Assembly: GCF_009914755.1 (NCBI RefSeq)
Contig: NC_060947.1
From: the human T2T-CHM13v2.0 reference genome, Homo sapiens
Length of the DNA: 64,000 nucleotides
Direction: 5' to 3' (one strand)
How positions within the stretch are numbered: position 1 is the stretch's first letter; the number at the start of each line of letters is the position of its first letter. This document shows, in pieces, positions 56,316-64,000 of the stretch. The position numbers were made by a program, and so were the translations under genes. A model generated the notes under the pieces. That model made no database searches and had not been told where the DNA came from. It worked only from the letters and a program-made list of their open reading frames with translations.

Positions 56316-57039
56316 TTGTCCCTATGCATCTCAAATTTTAATTGTAATGTAATCTAAGCTCTGTGATAATATAGTAGAATGATTCTGTAAAGCTTAAGAC
56401 CTGAAAATGTTTTAAAATTTTAATATGCATTTAAGATAGATGTGGCTGTTATTTGTTATTTAAGAAGCTGAAATTGAGTTCACGGGAATTGTTCCCTTCA
56501 CTCAAACTGGCCCAACCCAGTGGCATTTATTACAATATATAGCAGGATGGGGTTCCATGGAGCTAAAGGCCATGACAGGGGTAGTGAGATGGTAAATACG
56601 AGGTAAACTGAGCCCAGCCAGATACCAGAAGACAATAGTCAAGATGGCAAATCTTAACCAGCTGAGTGAGAGCAGAAATAAGAGGAGAGCTGAGATTAGG
56701 CATACAGTCATGAGACAAAAGCCCAATTCTGAACAAGAATTAGGAAGAGACCAAAATGCGATTCTAAAGGAGAAAATACATGATTCAAGCTGGCAGAGAT
56801 AATTTTGAATGAAAGGTCTGTGAATTTGCAGAGAAATTATTCTGTAGTGGTATAGAGTCTTTGGAAGGCCAGGAGACCCACCTTCTTAGACAACCTTCTG
56901 CTAGCCTTAAAGGCTTTTACACTTGAGAACAAAATTATCACATGCACACACACAAAGAAACCCATAACAAAGCAACTGATCTAGATCCAGATCTCTAGAA
57001 AACCCATTCCGTTGACAACTGTTTCTCTGGATCAATGGG

Positions 57040-57875
57040 CCTGTAGCAAACATTGTTGGCTGTCTACCTAGCATCTTTTTCTCACTTTCTATGCCTCTGA
57101 GGTCCTTTCAGTATCCACCTCTCCCTCCAAGCATTCCTGTGCTTAGGGAAAATTTAGTCCAACCTGAGCTCTCCCCTCAGCCTTAACCTCAGTACTAGGG
57201 TCAGGGTAGACTAGTCTGTGGGTATTAACCCCCTTGCACCAATAGTCAATTCAGAGCTCCAGGCTTAAGACAACAAATGAGTGGCATTCTCCTAACCATT
57301 AACAGTTGGCTCAGGAATGATCATGTGATTCAATTCATGTCAACACAATGTGAGAAAAGTTTTGATGGAAACTTTTGTGGAAAAAAAAATTTCAAACAAT
57401 GGCTATACCCTTTCTTTTTGTGGACATTATGGGCCTGGAAGTGCTACAACCATTTTGCCTCCATGAAAAAATCCAGACTGAAGGAAATATCAACATGCAG
57501 AGCTGAAACAACTAAGGAACCTGCAGAAAAACAGAAACAGAAAAGATTCTAAGAAGACTCCAAAGTTTTCAGCTGAAGTGGTGGGGTGATTGGTGCTTCC
57601 ATTTGCAAAAATGAGAAAAGAAGAAGTTGCATAGGTTTGAACAAAAGATGGTCAATAGGACTTGGGATAGGTTGAATTTGAATAAATAATTATTATCAAA
57701 ATTAAGTTAATATATTGGTTTGAGGGCAGTACCAAAGATTGGATACAGCCAATCCTGAAGCCAACTTTATTATACTTCTACTGAAAGGACCAGGGTTTAT
57801 ATTGGTACAAACGAATAGAAGTCTTTAATTAAACCTCTTTCAGTTTGCTTTCTACTACTTGAAGCTAAATTATCA
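57040..57875 (+). mobile_element. Old MLT1 (K/L-like) LTR remnant
   Basis: TGTAGCAAACATTGTTGGCTG start, TTGGCTCAGGAATGATCATGTGA, TGGATACAGCCAATCCTGAAGCC and an MLT1-like 3' end. Confidence 0.5.
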
Positions 57876-58126
57876 TACTTCTTACCTAGTCTGACAAGAC
57901 ATTTTCTTTCTTTAGGTCCTTATATGGCCTGCAGGACATTTAGGTATCCAGTAGCATGACATGCTGCTATTGTTGCCAATCTAGCACCAAGTCCCATACT
58001 GAAAGAAGCCACATAATATGGAAAAAAAATTTTTGTATCCACTTCATAGGGCTTTCTTTCCCCTTTAACAGCCCCAGCTCTGAAATCAAACACTGGACGT
58101 CCAACCATAAAACCATGCCTGCCATC

Positions 58127-58515
58127 TGTCTTGTCTGTTTTTGTTACTATAACAGAATACCTGAGATTGGGTAATCTATAAAAAAAAGCAATTGATTCCT
58201 CACGGTTCTGAGAGCTGAGAAGTCCAAGATCAAGGAATCAGCAGCTTCAACATCTGAAGAGAAGGTTGAGACATTGAAGCTGCTGATTCCTTGATCAGGA
58301 CCAAGATGCCACCTTGTTCCAAGATGGCACCTTATTGCTGTGTCCTAACATGGCAGAAGGGCAAGAGAAGGCAAGAGGGAGAATGATGGCATTAATTCCA
58401 CCCGTAAAGGCAGAGCCCTCATGGACTAATCCCCTCTCAAAAGTCCCAGCTGTTATTATTGTTACAAAGGCAATTAAATTTCAACATAAATTTTGGAGGC
58501 GACAAACAACAGCAG
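58127..58515 (-). mobile_element. MST/MLT1A-type MaLR LTR
   Basis: TGTCTT..TACTATAACAGAATACCTGAGATTGGGTAAT..GAAGTCCAAGATCAAGG..GGCAGAGCCCTCATG..AATTAAATTTCAACAT..ACAGCA. Confidence 0.8.
58228..58296. repeat. Inverted repeat with perfect 23-bp arms inside the MST LTR
   Basis: GATCAAGGAATCAGCAGCTTCAA (58228-58250) and TTGAAGCTGCTGATTCCTTGATC (58274-58296). Confidence 0.95.
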
Positions 58516-59389
58516 CATCCTTTCTGTTTCATGTAGATAATTAAATGAGGCATCTTTTATGTCATTTGCTTATTGTCAGTACCCTCTTTCTTGAGGGAAC
58601 TGAAACTGATTCAAAAGGAACAGTTCAACATGAAATAGCCAATAGTACCTTCTCTCTATTGCAGTATATGGTCTTTCAATCCCTAACTTGTGTACTTCAC
58701 TTTCTCAAAAAGGTAAATTACTTTTCTGCCAAGGTCTTAGCTGGGGAGGAGGCATGGGGCCAGGGGAAGATATAGGGGTGACCAGTGAACCTAATATTTG
58801 AAAGTTCTTATCCACGAGGTCTGGCTATCAGCCCCAGAAGTAGCCAGTCAATTTTGCTTTTCATAAAGCTTCTTAATTTTTCTTGGAATGAGACCCCTGT
58901 CAAGAAACTCCACTAGCACTCTGGATAATTCAAAATATATCTGAATAGGCTAAAAGTGCCCAGACAACTTCTAGGGATATTGACATGAATGTCATGGTTC
59001 TTCATCTCAAGAGGTTCCCAACAAAGTGGAAGAGATGCCAAATAAACAGAAAATGCTAGGTATACTTATTAAAATAATCCCGACTTGAGGCAATGAGTCA
59101 GCTGGATGCAAAGGCTGAGAGTGAGATAGCTAAATATAGGAATCTACAGGTAGAAGATACAATGGACTGGACTTAAAGACTGAAAAGATATAGAAAATGA
59201 AGAAAAGGAATGATTCCCAACAAACTTCAAAATTTCTAGTCTAAATGATAGAGTGTTGCTGTTAATGTCAAAAATAAAGAAACTTGGAGGGAGAACAGGT
59301 GGGGAGAAAACATGACTAATATGTGTGCTGCATTAAAAGTAAACAACCATGTACTGAATATCTACAATGAGCCAGACAAGATTATCCAA

Positions 59390-59830
59390 GTTTTGAGGCC
59401 CTATCCTAACCCTCCTCTAACTGTGCTTCTATCCATAGGGTGAAGAGTTCATAAACCCAAGGAACAAGCTCATTAAGAGTCTACATTTCTGTTTTCAGGC
59501 CACATTCCAGGGATCTACACATGTCTATGGAAAATTTCTCTCGTCTTGGGCAGAGCCAGTCATGAGAAGAGAACATGAATGAACTGCAGGCTAGGGGATA
59601 GCTTTCCCACATACCAGCACATTTTGGCATGGCACTCAAATGCGTCCAAGAATTCTATATTTAAATATGGTCTTCAAAGTTGTTAGAAAAATGTATTTGT
59701 CAAGGTAGGAAGCTAGCATCTTGTTTAACAGTTAGTCAACTTGATTGACTTCTAAATATTTGAACGAATAATTTGTGGGCTTCTATTTGTTATCCTTGCC
59801 CTAGGCCCTACTGCTGTTAGAGACAATGAA
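59390..59830 (-). mobile_element. MER115-like (hAT-Tip100) fossil
   Basis: The minus strand reads GGGCCTAGGGCAAG..AAATAGAAGCCCAC..AAATATTTAGAAG..CCTACCTTGACAAATA..AGAATTCTTGGAC, matching MER115 as recalled. The left boundary is uncertain. Confidence 0.6.
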
Positions 59831-61499
59831 CCTTTTCTGCCAGTGACTGTGCACATATATGATTTAATTTAAGCCTCATAACCAAACATCCAGTGTGGCT
59901 AAGATTTACTAAGCCATTTTAAATTTGTACAACACAGGAGATTTTGAAGAACAAGTGTTATTAACACTGTCAAGTACTGCAAAAGACTAGAAGAAAAAGG
60001 TGATCAAAACAGGACACTGGACTTAACAAGAAATCTTTAAACACAATCTTCAAGGATGGAGGTTTAGTGCATTGGTGGAGTTCAAAGCTAGATTGTATAA
60101 CAGGAAAAAAACAGTGGTGGAAAAAAAGAGACATCAAGTTAAGGCTTCCCCTTGAAGTCAGGCAACAAAAAGAGGAAGTATGATGTCTGCCTAACACAGA
60201 GGATGTAACCATAGTGAAGACAGAGAACTGAACGTTATTGTGAGGAGAAAATGTGATGACACTGGAGGAAATGGAGGTGAATATCAGAAGATATATCTCA
60301 GCATGGTGTGAGAACGTTCAACAAACACTGAATGCCTTATCTGCTCTAGGTCATGAAGTCTTTAGAGATGTGCAAATAAATGGCATGATCCCAGATCTCA
60401 GGCCAAATGGGAAGTCTACAAGTTCTCACAAGTCAAGCAGGAAAAATAACAAGTAACTAGAAAATTACAGTAGCGGCTAATGAATGTTTTAATGGGGATA
60501 AGCATGAGTAAAAGGGGAGTGAGCTGGTTTGTAAATAGGCTACTCTAGCAAGGCAATGCTGGTTAGTAAAAAGATAATATATTTGACATTTTGCTAAAGA
60601 GTTGGGAAGTTGAGGAAACAGTTGTAGTGTGATAGAACACTGAATGGCCAAATTTGCAAAGTTCTTACCCAACTTTACAAATCCTGCTGGTGTAGATATA
60701 CTACAAAGCAGAAGTGACAGGTTAAATTTCAAGATTATTTTATATTTGTATGCATTCCCTCAACAAATACTTACAAATTAGGTCCTGCTGAGGGGAGGCT
60801 TGCCCTTTAGTGAGGCAAGGCAGGCTACAAAACATTCAAAAACCAAATGGTGTAATCAATGCCCTCAGAGGAGAGTGCAGGGAACTGTGGGAGCCCACAG
60901 AGACTTGAGGAGCCCTAATACTTGCATTTCTCCTTATTCACATATGCTTCCCTGCTAATGACCAGGTAATCTGAGGCAAGTTTTCTCCCAGCTACACCCT
61001 GAATTCTTTGAAATAAACCCAATACAGGTACTTGAGTGTATTTCCTGAGTTGACCTCTGGGACGATAGCTACTAGGCTGTGCCCTTAGTGCTACATAGAT
61101 TACATAAACTGGAGAGCTGCAAGAGTTAAGAAACTGAATTCAGCTACCTCTTGGGGAGCTGAGTGACTATTCTAAAGAGAGATGAAGTGGATAGAAATTC
61201 CTGTATTCAGAATTAGTGATCAGGGTTACAAATCTGGAGCTGAGCTGTGAGTGTTAGGTTCCCTACCTATAAAATAGGGGTAACAGTCTTCACCCTACCT
61301 ACTGCAGAGATCTTTGTGGATGTTGAGTGAAATAATTGGTGTGAAAGTAGTTTTCAATGGTGTAATTTAGGGCATATCATTTCCTTGTTGAAAACCCTTC
61401 AGTGAGAATAATATTACCTAAAAGGGGTTGTTTTTAGATTCAGTGAAAAAGTAGGTGCCAAAATAAGTGGACTTTACTGTTCCTACCCACTGGCCTGTC

Positions 61500-61945
61500 C
61501 TGCTAGCTCTACCTCCAAACCATATACTGAATCTGAGTACTTCACTCCCTCTTCTCTACCACCTCCCAGGCCTACCCCTGCAGTATTCCAACTGGTCCCT
61601 CCACTTGCAATTTGCCCTTCTCCAACATACATTTTAAAATAGCAGTTAAGGGTAATATTTCTTAAAATCTTTCAATACCTTCCCAATGCATTTAGAGCAA
61701 TAATTAAGTTCTTTCCTATGGTCTACAAAATCCCACCTGTTATAGTCCCTGACACATTACTCTACCTTATTCTTTTTCAATGCTTGTATTACCATCGGAA
61801 CTTCTTTTTTTTATTTCTCGCCTATATACTTCTCTACAATGTAAGCTTCACAAGGACAAAGACAAGCTGTGTCCCTGGAGCCTACCGATGTCTGGTAAAT
61901 AAATGTTTGTTGTGTTATTAAATGAATAAAGAACTGAATAAATGT
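61500..61945 (+). mobile_element. L2 3' fragment
   Basis: CTACCTCCAAACCATAT..CAACTGGTCCCTCC..TTCCCAATGCATTTAGA..AATGTAAGCTTCACAAG..AATAAATGTTTGTTG. Confidence 0.6.
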
Positions 61946-62639
61946 GCCTTCTTATTACCTGAGAAAATTATACCCATCTTTTAGACTGAAGCTAAATGTC
62001 ACCCCTTCTATAAATGTGCCCCTGATTCTCCTGCTAAAAGTCATCTCCCTTTGAGTCTTTATGTTTATGATTAAGGGGTTGGATTCCTTGCATGATTGTC
62101 TGAATTTGTGTGCAGTCCTGACATGCTAAAAAATGCAACTTCAGAGGGTTCTGCTAGGGTCATTTTACTGCAGCCATTTTGCTATTTCTTTTGGTAATGT
62201 GATAGGGACTCATTTCTCTAATATTATAGCTTAGGGTAAGCTTCCGCAATCACTGAATTTTTCTGGATAAAGTATATTAGAAACTGCCAGCTTAAATCTA
62301 ATAGATATCTAATATCTGGCACCCAGAATTAGTTGCATCCTCCAGTAGCCACTTGGTATGAATATAGACCTGAAATTAGCAAATTGTTCAAAGATTAGTC
62401 ACTTGGATATTTCTATCTTAAAATTTGCAATGAAGCTCTGTTTTAAAAGACACAATTTTTCTACTGTTAGTCACAGTTTGTAAGTACAATTCATCCATAG
62501 TTTTAGAGTGAGTTAATATTGCCTTTTGTCCTGATTTTTATTTTTCATAAACTTTTATTTTTATTCATTTTCTTCAGCTGGTATTCTTCTTCACATACTA
62601 GAAAGAGACAAATAAGCCTAAAATTACAGCAGGAAAAAA

Positions 62640-63500
62640 TGTACAATTACAGCATCTCAGAAGTGGAAAGAGTCTTAGATCTAGTAGTGCAATCTTCCAC
62701 AAAATAGAGGAATCATTTCAACATTATCCCTGTGAGATGCGTCATCCAACCTTTGCATATCTCTGGTGTTGAACAGCTCACTATTTCCAAAAGCAGCTTC
62801 TTTCATCTGATGACAATTCTTCCTTCTATTGAGCTGAAACCAGCCTCCCTGTGGCTTTCACCTACAAGTCCCAGCTCTACCACCTGCAAACACACAGTCC
62901 CTGTCTTAGTCCATTCATGCTTCTATCACAATATACCATAGACTGGGTAATTTATAAATGAAATAAATTTATTTCTTACAGCTATGGAACCTGGGAAGTA
63001 AAATATCCAGTTGCTGGCATTTAGTTCCTAGTGAGGGCACTCTTGCTGCATCCTCATATGGTGGAAGGGATTTTTTAAGGCAAAAGGGGGATAAATGATG
63101 TGCTCTCACATAATGAAGAGCAGAAGAGAACAAACCGACTCTCCCAAGCCCTTCCTTAAGAGCCCCAATCTCAGCGATAAGAGTTCTGCCCTCATGACTT
63201 AATTTTATCGCCTAAAAGCTCTACCTTTTAATACTATCACATTGGCCATTATGTTTTAGCACATGAATTTGGGAGGACACATTCAGGCCACAGCAGACCT
63301 TGTCTTCTTCGTTACAATGACAGCTCTTCGGAGGTCTGAAGACGGAGACCACATTTCTGAACCTTCTCTTTCTTCTCTAGGCATGCTGCTCCAGCTCCTT
63401 TCAACCACTATTTATGGAACCTGAAATCCAGCTTTGTCTCCAGCCTACTTACTCCTATCCAGTTAGTCTGTTTCTCCTTTAAAGTGCACAGTCAGGTTAG
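62640..63500 (-). mobile_element. L3/CR1 fragment split by an MST LTR
   Basis: GTCATCCAACCTTTGC..GCTCACTATTTCCAAAAGCAGC..TTCCTTCTATTGAGCTGAAA. Resumes ATGACAGCTCTTC..TGAAGAC after 63295. Confidence 0.55.
62902..63295 (-). mobile_element. MST (MSTC/D-like) MaLR solo LTR
   Basis: TGTCTTAGTCCATT..ATACCATAGACTGGGTAATTTATAAA..TCTGCCCTCATGACTTAA..GGACACATTCAGGCCACAGCA with TG..CA termini. Confidence 0.82.
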
Positions 63501-63554
63501 AAGAGATCAGAACCATCATAACCCACTTTCAGCCATTTTGGCTTAAGGCAAAGA

Positions 63555-63960
63555 CAGACTGGATGTTCATTTAACATGTTTTACTTTCCTGCTTGTCACG
63601 CACTTAACTACATTTTCTAGCCTCTCTTGTTGCTGCGTATAGCCATTTAACTGAATTCTAGGAAATGGAATATAGGTAGAAGTGATAATTCACCACTTTT
63701 AGCCTTGGCATGTAAATACTTCCATATTTTTTCTAATCTTCCAGCTGAGTATTAACTCCCATAAAGATCTTGAGAGTCACACTTTGAGCATGGCAGAACC
63801 TCCAGTCAGTCTGAATCCCTCAGTAACTGTGTGAAGATCAGTACCTTTCTCTGTCACCACTTATTAAACTTTCTATTGGTGAAAAAAATTCACTGTGTTA
63901 AGTGACTGAGGTTTTAGAATTATGATTCAAAGCAGTTGTTGTTACCTTAGCTAAACAAAC
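63555..63960 (+). mobile_element. MLT1J-like MaLR LTR
   Basis: ACTACATTTTCTAGCCTCTCTTG..AATGGAATATAGGTAGAAGTGAT..TGGCAGAACC..TGTGTTAAGTGACTGAG. Confidence 0.65.
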
Positions 63961-64000
63961 ACACAATAGCTTTTATAGCTACACTTTCCACTGCTGAGCT

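Overview
Primate genomic DNA, most likely hominoid (human or great ape), judged from an AluY-type element and L1PA2/L1PA3-type LINE-1s. It is AT-rich, intergenic or deep-intronic. I find no cellular protein-coding exon, RNA gene or CRISPR-like array that I can support, and every long ORF in the track is either a LINE-1 ORF1/ORF2 remnant or a chance ORF. About 5.8-41.2 kb is an almost continuous nested LINE-1 cluster: ancient L1M, a full-length L1PB1 split by two younger L1PA insertions, and a rearranged L1PB carrying a near-full-length but dead L1PA3. The flanks hold MIR, L2, L3, MaLR/ERV1 LTRs, DNA-transposon fossils and three full Alus. I do not see a convincing new biological system. The best leads are structural: (1) two near-perfect fold-back hairpins inside old diverged repeats (27.25-27.35 kb and 58.23-58.30 kb); (2) an apparently retroposed polyadenylated ~550-bp fragment carrying an old MLT1 LTR inside a younger L1PB (37.76-38.34 kb); (3) three independent L1 breakpoints at the same small hairpin in ORF2; (4) an L1PA3 with a 5'UTR deletion over the antisense promoter/ORF0 start and an altered YY1 site. 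Repeat subfamily names come from remembered consensus sequences, not from a RepeatMasker run. Boundaries without a target-site duplication (TSD) are approximate.
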